The notes below the pieces were generated by a model that saw nothing but the letters and a program-made list of their open reading frames with translations, did not search any database and was not told the origin of the DNA. Shown in pieces: positions 49,020 through 60,590 of a DNA stretch of 64,000 bases. How positions within the stretch are numbered: the stretch's first letter is position 1; every line of letters begins with the position of its first letter. Source of the DNA: Isurus oxyrinchus (lineage: Eukaryota); the NCBI GenBank assembly GCA_026770705.1, contig JANJGN010000052.1:2914001-2978000 (forward strand), in the 5' to 3' direction. The position numbers and the translations under genes were made by a program.

Positions 49020-52000
49020 TGATAAGACCATAAGACCACAGGACGTCAGAGCAGAAGGAGGCCATTCGGCCAATCAACTCTGCTCCGCCATTCAATGACA
49101 CCATGGCTGATCTGACAATCCTCAACTCCACTTTCCTGCCTCTTCCCCATAGCCTTTGATTCCCTGACTGATTAAAAAACTGTGTATCTCAGCCTTGAAT
49201 ATAATTAATGACCCAGCCTCTGCAGCTCTCTGCAGTAAAGAATTCCACACATTCACTACCCTCTGAGAGAAGAAACTCCTCATCTCTGTCTTAAATGGGT
49301 GACCCCTTACTCTGAGATTATGCCCTCTGGTCCTAGACTCTCCCACAAGGGGAAACAACCTCTCAGCATCTACCCTGTCAAGCACCCTAAGAATCTTATA
49401 TGTTTCAGTAAGGTCAGCTCTCATTCTCGTAAACTCCAATGAGTACAGGCCCATCCTACTCAACATCTCCTCATATGAAAATCCCTCATTTCTGGGATCT
49501 ACCTAGTGAACCTTCTCTGGACTGCCTCCAATGCCAGTACATCTTTCCTTAGATAAGGGAACCAAAACTGCTCACAGTATTCTAGGTGTGGTCTAACTAG
49601 TGCCTTGTAAAGTTTTAGCAAGGCTTCCCTATTTTTATACTCCATTCCCTTTGAAATAAAGGCCAACATTCCACCTGCCTTCCCTATTAACTGTTGAACT
49701 TGTATGTTATCTTTCTGATGACCCCCAAATTCCTCTATGCTTCACCTTTCCAATGTCTTTCTCCATTGAAATAATATTCAGCTCCTCTATACATCCTGCC
49801 ACAGTGCAGCAGCTCACATTTTCCCACATTATATTCCATCTGCCAAGTTGATGTCCACTCACTGAACCTGTCTATGTCCCTCTGTAGACTCTTTGTGTCA
49901 CCCTCACCACTTGCCTTCCCATCTATTTTTGTGTCATCCACAAACTTGGCGATAGTACATTAATTTCCCTCATCCAAGTCATTAATTATATTTTGTAAAT
50001 AATTGTGGCCCCAGCACTGATCCCTGTGGCACTCCACAGGTTGCCATCTTGAAAATGCCCCCCTTATCCCAACTCTCTGACTTCTATTAGTTCGCCGATC
50101 CTCTATCCATGCTAATATACTGCCCCCAACACCATGGGCTCTTATCTTATTAAGTAGCCTTATATGTGGTACTTTACTGAACAACTTTTGGAAATCCAAA
50201 TATATTACATCTACTGGTTCCCCTTTATCTATCCTGTTTGTTACCTCCTCAAAGAATTCTAATAAATTTGTCATGCATGATTTCACCTTCATGAAGCCTG
50301 TGTGTGATTAAATTATGCATTTCTAAATAGTCTGCTATTACATCCTTTATAATGGACTCTAACATGTTCCCAATGACAGATGTTAAGCTAACTGGCCTAT
50401 AGTTACCTGTTTGTTGTCTCCCTCCCTTTTTGAATATGGGTGTTACATTGGCAGTTTTCCAATCCTCTGGGAGTTTCCCAGAATCTAAGGATTCTTGGAA
50501 GATTAAAACCAGTACATCCACTATCTCTGCATCTACTTCCTTTAATATCCTAAGATGCAACCTATCAGGTCCAGGGGACCTATCAGCCTTGAGACCCATT
50601 AATTTCGCTAGCGTTATTCTCTAGTGATAGTTACTGTATTTATTTCCTCTCCCCACCCCCCTTTTGCCCCTTGATTATTTAGTATTTTTGGAATGATATT
50701 AGTGTGTTCTACCGTGAAGACTGATGCAAAGTATTTATTCAACTCCTCTGTCATTTCCTGGTTCCTCATTATTATTTCCCCAGCCTAGTTCTCTAAGGGG
50801 CCCATGTTCACTTTGGTCTCTCTCTCCCTTTTTATATATTTAAAGAAGCTTTTATTGTCCTTTTTTATATCAATTACTAGTTTACCTAGTTTTCTCCCTC
50901 TTTATTTATTTTTTGGTCATCTTCTGTTGGTTTTTAAATCTCTCTCAATCCTCTGGCTTACCACTAATCTTTGTCGTGTTGCATGTTTTTTCTTTCAATT
51001 TGACACACACCTTAACTTCTTTGGGTAACCCAGGTTGGTTTATTCTCTTCCTACAATCCTTCTTCCTCACTGGGATATATCTTTGTTGTGAGTCATGAGC
51101 TATTTTCTTTAACATCTGCTTTTGTTCATCCAGCATCTTTTCTGCTAAACCCCTTTCCCAGTCCACTCCAGACAACCCTGTCCTTATTCCTTTGTAATTA
51201 CACTTATTTAAGTCCAGCACAGTTGTTTCCGACCCAGGTTTCTCAGTCTCAAACGGAATGCTAAATTCTACCATGTTATGGTCACTGTTTTCCAGGGGAT
51301 CATTTATTCTGAGATCATGTATGAAACCTGCCTCATTACACATTACCAGATCCAAAATAGCCTGATCCCTGGTTAGATCCACGACATATTATTCCAGGAA
51401 ACTGTCTTGAATACACTCTATGAATTCTTGCTCATGGCTACCTCTGCCAATTGGGTTTTCCCAATCTACATGAAGATTAATGTACTGCCTTTTTTACATG
51501 CCCTCATTATCTCATGATTTATTCTCTGTCCTACAGCCGAGCTACAGTCATGGGGCTGATAGACCACTCCCACCAGTTCCTTGTTCCCCTTGTTATTCAT
51601 TACCTCGAGCCATATGGATTCTATACCCTCCGATCCAAGATCATTTCTTGCTTTCGTACTTATTCCATCTCCTATTAACAAAGCTACCCCACCACCTTTC
51701 CTTCCTGCCTGTCTTTTTGAAAAGTCACATACCCCTGAATATTTATTTCAAAGCTTTGATCTCCTTGTAACCATGTCTCCATAATGGCTATAAGATCAAA
51801 CCCATTAACCTCTATTTGTACCTTTAATTCATTTATGTTGTTCCAAATACTATGTGCATTTAAGTCAACAGCCATTAATTTTGTCTTTTTATCATTTTCC
51901 TCCCTCTGACACTATTTGCTGATGTATTTTAATGTTTGGACACTGTGTACCCACCTGTCACACACTGGGTATCATCACCAAAACAGCTATCCTGCAATGC

Positions 52001-52075
52001 TGACAAATCCTTTTGCTTTGTAAGCCTACATATACCCTCTCCAGAACACTCTCCCCATCTATTTGGTTTAAGGCA
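49020..52075 (-). mobile_element. CR1 LINE, nearly full ORF2 (APE endonuclease + RT), frameshifted
   Basis: NAHSIWN..DLIAIMETWL (endonuclease), WKTANVTPIFKKG..NYRPVSLTS, VIYLDFQK, DDTK; short tandem repeat (TCTTATGG) at the 3' end. Confidence 0.93.
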
Positions 52076-53162
52076 ATACTGAGGGAGAGCAGCACTGTCA
52101 AAGGGTCATTACTGAGGGAGTGTTGCACAGTTGGAAGCTCTGGAACAAGGGACTGCAGCATTATCTGAGGGTCAGTCGGGAGGGAGGTATTCAATGTTGG
52201 ATTGCAAGTTCTGAGGGAGCGCTGCAGAGTTGGAGGTTCAGTAGTGAAGGAGTGCTGCACTGTCAGAGGGTCAGTACTGAGGGAGTGCTACACTGTCAGA
52301 GGGTCAGTACTGAGGGAGTGCTGCACTGTTGGAGGGTCAGTACTGTGGGAGTGCTGCAGTGACGGAGGATCAGTACGGAGAGATTTCTAAACTGTTGGAG
52401 GATCAGTACTGAGGGAGTGCTGCACTGTCAGAGGGTCAGTACTGAGGGAGTGCTGCACTGTCAGAGGGTCAGTACTGAGGGAGTGCTGCACTGTCAGAGG
52501 CTCAGTACTGAGAGAGTGTTGCACTATCAGAGGGACAGGACTGAGGGAGTGCTGCACTGTCAGAGGGACAGGACTGAGGGAGTGCTGCACTGTTAGAGGG
52601 TCAGTACTGAGGGAGTGCTGCACTGTCAGAGGGTCAGTACTGAGGGAGTGCTGCACTGTCGAAGGGTCAGTTCTGAGGGAGTGCTGCACTGTCAGAGGGT
52701 CAGTACTGAGGGAGTGCTGCACTGTCGCAGGGTCATTATTGAGGGAGTGCTGCGATGTCGGAGGATCAGTACTGAGGGAGTGCTGCACGATCAGGGGGTA
52801 AGTACTGAGGGAGTGCTACACTGTTGGAGGTTCAGTACTGAGTGAGTGCTGCACTGTTGGAGGGTCAGTACTAAGGGAGTGCTGCACTGTCAGAGGGTCA
52901 GTACTGAAGGAGTGCTGCACTGTCGGACAGTCAGTACTGAGGGAGTGCTGCACTGTCAGAGGATCAGAACTGAGGGAGTGCTGCACTGTCAGAGAGTCAG
53001 TACTGAGGCAGTGCTGCACTGTCAGAGGGTCAGTATTGAGGGAGTGCTGCACTGTTGGAGGGTCAATACTTAGGGAATGCTGCACTGCCAGAGGGTCAGT
53101 ACTGAGGGAGTTCTGCACTGTTGGAGGGTCAGTAATTAGGGAGATCTGCACTGTCGGAGGGT

Positions 53163-56100
53163 GATAAGACCATAAGACCACAGGACGTCAGAGCAGAAGG
53201 AGGCCATTCGGCCAATCAACTCTGCTCCGCCATTCAATGACACCATGGCTGATCTGACAATCCTCAACTCCACTTTCCTGCCTCTTCCCCATAGCCTTTG
53301 ATTCCCTGACTGATTAAAAAACTGTGTATCTCAGCCTTGAATATAATTAATGACCCAGCCTCTGCAGCTCTCTGTAGTAAATAATTCCACACATTCACTA
53401 CCCTCTGAGAGAAGAAACTCCTCATCTCTGTCTTAAATGGGTGACCCCTTACTCTGAGATTATGCCCTCTGGTCCTAGACTCTCCCACAAGGGGAAACAA
53501 CCTCTCAGCATCTACCCTGTCAAGCGCCCTAAGAATCTTATATGTTTCAATAAGGTCAGCTCTCATTCTCCTAAACTCCAATGAGTACAGGCCCATCCTA
53601 CTCAACCTCTCCTCATATGAAAATCCCTCCATTACTGGGATCAACCTAGTGAACCTTCTCTGGACTGCCTCCAATGCCAGTACATCTTTCCTTAGATAAG
53701 GGAACCAAAACTGCTCACAGTATTCTAGGTGTGGTCTAACTAGTGCCTTGTATAGTTTTAGCAAGGCTTCCCTATTTTTATACTCCATTCCTTTTGAAAT
53801 AAAGGCCAACATTCCACCTGCCTTCCCTATTAACTGTTGAACTTGTATGTTATCTTTCTGATGACCCCCAAATTCCTCTATGCTTCACCTTTCCAATGTC
53901 TTTCTCCATTGAAATAATATTCAGCTCCTCTATACATCCTGCCACAGTGCAGCAGCTCACATTTTCCCACATTATATTCCATCTGCCAAGTTGATGCCCA
54001 CTCACTGAACCTGTCTATGTCTCTCTGTAGACTCTTTGTGACACCCTCACCACTTGCCTTCCCATCTATTTTTGTGTCATCCACAAACTTGGCGAAAGTA
54101 CATTAATTTCCCTCATCCAAGTCATTAATTATATTTTGTAAATAATTGTGGCCCCAGCACTGATCCCTGTGGCACTCCACAGGTTGCCATCTTGAAAATG
54201 CCCCCCTTATCCCAACTCTCTGACTTCTATTAGTTAGCCGATCCTCTATCCATGCTAATATACTGCCCCCAACACCATGGGCTCTTATCTTATTAAGTAG
54301 CCTTATATGTGGTACTTTACTGAACAACTTTTGGAAATCCAAATATATTACATCTACTGGTTCCCCTTTATCTATCCTGTTTGTTACCTCCTCAAAGAAT
54401 TCTAATAAATTTGTCATGCATGATTTCACCTTCATGAAGCCTGTGTGTGATTAAATTATGCATTTCTAAATAGTCTGCTATTACATCCTTTATAATGGAC
54501 TCTAACATGTTCCCAATGACAGATGTTAAGCTAACTGGCCTATAGTTACCTGTTTGTTGTCTCCCTCCCTTTTTGAATATGGGTGTTACATTGGCAGTTT
54601 TCCAATCCTCTGGGAGTTTCCCAGAATCTAAGGATTCTTGGAAGATTAAAACCAGTACATCCACTATCTCTGCATCTACTTCCTTTAATATCCTAAGATG
54701 CAACCTATCAGGTCCAGGGGACCTATCAGCCTTGAGACCCATTAATTTCGCTAGCATTATTCTCTAGTGATAGTTACTGTATTTATTTCCTCTCCCCACC
54801 CCCCTTTTGCCCCTTGATTATTTAGTATTTTTGGAATGATATTAGTGTGTTCTACCGTGAAGACTGATGCAAAGTATTTATTCAACTCCTCTGTCATTTC
54901 CTGGTTCCTCATTATTATTTCCCCAGCCTAGTTCTCTAAGGGGCCCATGTTCACTTTGGTCTCTCTCTCCCTTTTTATATATTTAAAGAAGCTTTTATTG
55001 TCCTTTTTTATATCAATTACTAGTTTACCTAGTTTTCTCCCTCTTTATTTATTTTTTGGTCATCTTCTGTTGGTTTTTAAATCTCTCTCAATCCTCTGGC
55101 TTACCACTAATCTTTGTCGTGTTGCATGTTTTTTCTTTCAATTTGACACACACCTTAACTTCTTTGGGTAACCCAGGTTGGTTTATTCTCTTCCTACAAT
55201 CCTTCTTCCTCACTGGGATATATCTTTGTTGTGAGTCATGAGCTATTTTCTTTAACATCTGCTTTGTTCATCCAGCATCTTTTCTGCTAAACCCCTTTCC
55301 CAGTCCACTCCAGACAACCCTGTCCTTATTCCTTTGTCATTACACTTATTTAAGTCCAGCACAGTTGTTTCCGACCCAGGTTTCTCAGTCTCAAACGGAA
55401 TGCTAAATTCTACCATGTTATGGTCACTGTTTTCCAGGGGATCATTTATTCTGAGATCATGTATGAAACCTGCCTCATTACACATTACCAGATCCAAAAT
55501 AGCCTGATCCCTGGTTAGATCCACGACATATTATTCCAGGAAACTGTCTTGAATACACTCTATGAATTCTTGCTCATGGCTACCTCTGCCAATTGGGTTT
55601 TCCCAATCTACATGAAGATTAATGTACTGCCTTTTTTACATGCCCTCATTATCTCATGATTTATTCTCTGTCCTACAGCCGAGCTACAGTCATGGGGCTG
55701 ATAGACCACTCCCACCAGTTCCTTGTTCCCCTTGTTATTCATTACCTCGAGCCATATGGATTCTATACCCTCCGATCCAAGATCATTTCTTGCTTTCATA
55801 CTTATTCCGTCTCCTATTAACAAAGCTACCCCACCACCTTTCCTTCCTGCCTGTCTTTTTGAAAAGTCACATACCCCTGAATATTTATTTCAAAGCTTTG
55901 ATCTCCTTGTAACCATGTCTCCATAATGGCTATAAGATCAAACACATTAACCTCTATTTGTGCCATTAATTCATTTATTTTGTTCCAAATACTATGTGCA
56001 TTTAAGCCAAGAGCCATTAATTTTGTATTTTTATCATTTTCCTCCCTCTGACACTATTTGCTGATGTATTTTAATGTTTGGAAACTGTGTACCCACCTGT

Positions 56101-56215
56101 CACACACTGGGTATCATCACCAAAACAGCTATCCTGCAATGCTGACAAATCCTTTTGCTTTGTAAGCCTACATATACCCTCTCCAGAACACTCTCCCCAT
56201 CTATTTAGTTTAAAG
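53163..56215 (-). mobile_element. Duplicate of the CR1 at 49020-52075
   Basis: Near-identical sequence with the same ORF fragments and breakpoints. Confidence 0.93.
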
Positions 56216-56895
56216 GCAATACTGAGGGAGAGCAGCACTGTCAAAGGGTCATTACTGAGGGAGTGTTGCACAGTTGGAAGCTCTGGAACAAGGGACTGCA
56301 GCATTATCTGAGGGTCAGTCGGGAGGGAGGTATTCAATGTTGGATTGTAAGTTCTGAGGGAGCGCTGCAGAGTTGGAGGTTCAGTAGTGAAGGAGTGCTG
56401 CACTGTCAGAGGGTCAGTACTGAGGGAGTGCTGCACTGCCAGAGGATCAGTACTGAGGGAGTGCTGCACTGTTGGAGGGTCAGTACTGTGGGAGTGCTGC
56501 ACCGACGGAGGATCAGTACGGAGAGATTTCTAAACTGTTGGAGGCTCAGTACTGAGGGAGTGTTGCACTGTCATAGGGTCAGTACTGAGGGAGTGCTGCA
56601 TTGTCATAGGGTGAGTACTGAGGGAGTGCTGCCCTGTCAGAGGGTCAGTATTGAGTGAGTGCTGCACTGTCAGGGGGTGAGTACATTGTGATTCCTGCTC
56701 TGCTCTATCGGTCTCTTGGCTGGAAATAAAAGCCGCTGTGTTACTGTTCAGAAACTGTTATTAATTGTGTTCTGGTCACTATTTTCCCTAAAAAACAGAT
56801 TATCTGATTCTCATCAGAATACCTTTCTATGGGATCCTGCTGTGCATTATCTACACTGTTCCAGCTAATGTAGAATGAAAGGTGTCCGTACTTAC

Positions 56896-57192
56896 ATTGC
56901 ACAGTCAGTACGAGGGTCTGCTCCGATGAAACAGATGGATATCTCACTCTGCAGCTGAAAGTGTGTCCGTGGTGTTTGAGTGATGGGATCAGGGTCAGAA
57001 CAGAAGTATAGGTCAGAGTGACACCATGCTGAGTTACAGTGTTTGAGACTGATCCAGGTACGTCAGTGGGAGTGTCCCAGGTTAAGACAGGTGCTGCTGT
57101 TCCATTGCACGTTGTGTTGATGGTGCAGCTTACATCCACACGCTTTCCTGCAATAATTTCAGCAGGGAATATCGTGGGTTTATCTGTGAAAT
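56896..57192 (-). CDS. Gene A domain-2 C2-set Ig exon
   Basis: 297 nt, phase 1-1, ttag|...|gtaagt. DFTDKPTIFP..VSCTINTTCNGTAAPVLTW..TSVLTLIPSLKHHGHTFSCRV has the extra Cys and layout of Siglec domain 2. Confidence 0.92.
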
Positions 57193-58051
57193 CTAACACA
57201 CAGAGAATGGATCCTTTTAGAGAAATATAACGTGAAGCATTAGTTCAAATAGAAATCACAATCCCACAAGAGAAAGCACTTTTACAAGGATGATATCAGA
57301 ACTGAGAGGTTACAATGATCAGGAAAGATTTTCTTGCTCTTTGGCAGTAGTGTTTCTGTCTCTCAGCTTAATACACGTTCACTCTGAGACATGTGAATTG
57401 AGAACACTGGATGAGAGAAGAGGCTCAGACCAGAGATTGGAGTTAAAAGCAGAATACTGCGGATGCTGGAAATCTGAAACCAAAACAAAAATTGCTGGAA
57501 AGACTCAGCAGGTCTGACAGTATCAGTGGAGAGGAAGACAGGGTTAACGTTTCGAGTCCGTATGACTCTTCATCAGACCAGAGGTTTGAGTTCACTGGCT
57601 TCTCATTTCCTCATTGATCTGGGTGATTTATCACCTTGTTGTTTGTTGGATCTTGCTGTGCACAAACTGCCTGCTGTGTTTAACATCTGTGACTACAATT
57701 CAGGAATAATTTCATTGGCTGTGAAGGGATTTGGATCCTCCTGAGGTGGTAAATTGCGCTGCAGAAATGCACATCTTTCTTTTATCGATACGTCAGACTT
57801 TTAAACAGGACATGAGAGATTGATGGGAATGGATAACCTGATAATACAGTTAATGCTTTTCATCATTGATATTAAAGTGAATATTAGAGGTTGCTTTAGG
57901 ACTGAACCGGAAGCTATCACCAGGTTATTGAGAATCAGACAGTGTGTTATATTAAGCTGTGTTTTGTGTTAATATGTAAACGTCACAGTTTGTGTTATTT
58001 CCCATTGAGTGTTGAATGTGAATTGTTGAGTAATTATAACACAGCACTTAC

Positions 58052-58420
58052 CAGAAACCTGAAGCTGGGTTACAGGGTAATAGTTATGGCTCGGACCATT
58101 GTCAAATTCTTTCCTGAAAAAATAAGGTCCTGCATCTTCCCGTCTGATGCTGTTTGTAAGCAGGGAACAGTCGCCATCTTTCAAGTCTCCAGACAGCCGG
58201 GTCCGATGGTGGAACCGTGGTAACTCATGACTGTGATCCTTGGCGTGAAAGGCTATGGGAGCCCAGGGAATCTGTTCCTCATTATTAAACCAGACTCCAC
58301 CTCGCGGTTGGCTTTCCAAATGTGATGGATAACTGTAATGACATGGAATCTGTACACACGAACCTTCCTGCGCTGTCACCTCTCGGGGACTGTCACCTTT
58401 CCACTCTTGTGACTGTCCAA
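58052..58420 (-). CDS. Gene A Siglec V-set Ig exon (intact, essential Arg present)
   Basis: 369 nt, phase 1-1, ccccag|...|gtaagt. Contains GSCVQIPC, GDCSL and DAGPYFFR: the Siglec B/E-strand cysteines and the F-strand Arg (AGG at 58113-58115). Confidence 0.93.
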
Positions 58421-59955
58421 CTGGGGAGAGAAATATCAATATTTAACTCTGGAAAGTTTGTAGATCCACTAGACTCGATATCCACCCCCTCCATCACTGG
58501 GGCACAGTGGCTGCAGTGTGGAACATCTACAGGACACACAAGGAACTCCCCAAGGTTTCACAATGGATGGAAGAGAATCCTGGACACAGGAGTGGACAAG
58601 GTCATTCTACATTGGCTCACGGTCCTCAGGACCCTGTTTAGTGAAGCCAGTGAGACAGTGTCACTGTGCCTTGTATTATAATGCTCCTGTGTAGCCCCTT
58701 GGATTGTTTTTTTTTACAGTTAAGGCGCTATGTAAATATAATCTATTGCTCTCTGCTCATCTGGACCATTTGGATTGTTAATTTCAAGCGGCCTGGTGAC
58801 AGCTTCATGTTCAGTCCAAATGCAGCCTCTAATTATCACTTTAATGTCAATGATTAAATGTGACCCAACACACTGTCCACAAGACACACGAACTGAGATC
58901 CATTCAGTGCTGATTTACAAGACAGGACAATGGATTAGGAGCCCTCAGAACTCCCCCCATTATCACCGTCATGAATCACTAATTAGCCTAACATTCCTGT
59001 CTGCTCTTCAACACAGCTGATTGGCTAATCTGATTCAATCTGATTGGTGCACTTTGGACCTTCATTGTCTGAGGAATCTCTTTGGATCCTCATTGTTTTA
59101 GGAATATCTTTGGATCCTCATTGTTTAAGGAATCTCTTTGGATCCTCATTGTCTAAGGGATTATTTCTGATCCAAACCCCATATTGTTGTATTGTTGATT
59201 CCGATGCAGCATTGTAGACTGACTTGTCCCCAAGCTCAGCACTGACCCTACTCCAGCAGACACTGTGAAACACACTAACAAAGCGCCTCTAGCCTGAGCT
59301 CTGCATGTGTCGAGAGAAAGACAAATATACAAACTGTATATTGACCCATTTACACACGGACAGCTTTACCTTCCTTCTCTCTTTCAGTTATCTTGCTCCC
59401 TTATTGAAGTATCTAGCAAGGTGAGAATGGACAGGAAGTGTGACACTGAACAACCTGTCTATTCTAGGAGCTGCTGTGTTGTCTTCATGGGAAATCCTGA
59501 CTAAAATCAGCAAAAGACACATTTCAGGATATTGCTATCAGACACCTAACATAGGGAGAGACTTCATCCTCCAGTTTTTATCCCTGATTTTCTACTCAAC
59601 CTTTTACCACCCTTCCCCCCATCCACACTGACTTACATAGGCTCCCAGTCAAGCAGTGCCTCCATTTTAAGATTCTCATGCTCAATTCCCAATCCCCCCA
59701 ACCCCCTCTCCAGTCCCGACCTCTGTAACCTCATCCAGCCCCTTCACCCCTCTGAGATCTCTGCTCTCCTCCAATTCTGCTGTCAGACAGGGAGTCAGTG
59801 TATATCAGTGAGCACAGGGGTGATGGGTCAATGGGACTTGGTATGAGTTTGTACACTGGCTCACTGCTGAATCAGTTCGACAGTCACAGCTTAATAAGAA
59901 TGATCTTTTACAAAACTATTAATCATAAATCTGTCTGAGCTGACGATGGTATTAC

Positions 59956-59995
59956 CTTGGAGAAGTGACAGGAGGAAGTAAGATTTCCCGATCAT
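59956..59995 (-). CDS. Gene A signal-peptide exon, MIGKSYFLLSLLQ (exon 59956-60037)
   Basis: Pyrimidine-rich CAG acceptor, ATG at 59995, 40 coding nt, phase-1 donor CAAG|gtaata. Hydrophobic leader continues into the V exon. Confidence 0.85.
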
Positions 59996-60446
59996 TGTCC
60001 ACTCCCAGATATTTCCTCAGCTTCTAACTCTGAAGTTCTGAAAGAGAAAGGAGTTAATGAGACCTCACCTCTTGTCCGACAGCTCTCGAGAGATCAGAAC
60101 TGCTTTTAGACAATGTCTTCACGGATCTAATTTGATTCTCTGTGGGATGATAGGTGCTCTGCAGAGAGTTACAAGGCTTTAAGAAAGAAAAACATTGAAG
60201 GACTTGCATTTCTATAGCACCTTTCACCACCTCAGGATATCCCAAAGCTCATGTCCCTGCACTTCCCTCATCCCTTGAGCTAGAAAGATGTTCTGTACAA
60301 CAGACTTGAGCCTCACACCCAGATCTCAATAATTAGTAGAAATCTTTCAAAGACATCAATCATTGGAATCTGTCTTTATAAAGTCACAACATCAACATAG
60401 GACGGTGTTGGTCGTGGAAGTGAATTCCAATCGTTCCGTTACTTAC

Positions 60447-60590
60447 CCAGTACCTGTCCGACTGCTCGCCTGGGGAGGAACTGCCCACACGCTCTGCTTG
60501 GGCTGAATGACCTCTTCCTGTGCTGCTCCCTCTGTGTATTTAATTAGAAAGGGTTGATGTGTCTCTGTGAGTCAAAATGTGGAAGTGGTC
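60447..60590 (-). promoter_or_regulatory. Putative promoter and non-coding first exon of gene A
   Basis: GTAAGT donor (plus strand acttac 60441-60446), Inr-like TCATTC at about 60505-60510, TAAATA-like box about 34 nt upstream and an ETS core GGAAGTG at 60581-60587. The same block recurs three more times in the window. Confidence 0.5.

Noticed and set aside
49020-56215. Active or independently inserted CR1 elements
   Set aside because: ORF2 is fragmented, and both copies share lesions and junctions, indicating DNA-level duplication of a dead element.
56896-58420. Rearranging antigen-receptor (Ig/TCR/IgNAR) segments
   Set aside because: The V exon ends in a splice donor with a complete G strand, no RSS is seen, and it has the Siglec cysteine pattern rather than the canonical B-F disulfide.
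7924-60037. Assigning a specific symbol (CD22, MAG, SIGLEC1, SIGLEC15, CD33)
   Set aside because: Family membership is clear, but orthology cannot be determined without phylogeny or synteny.
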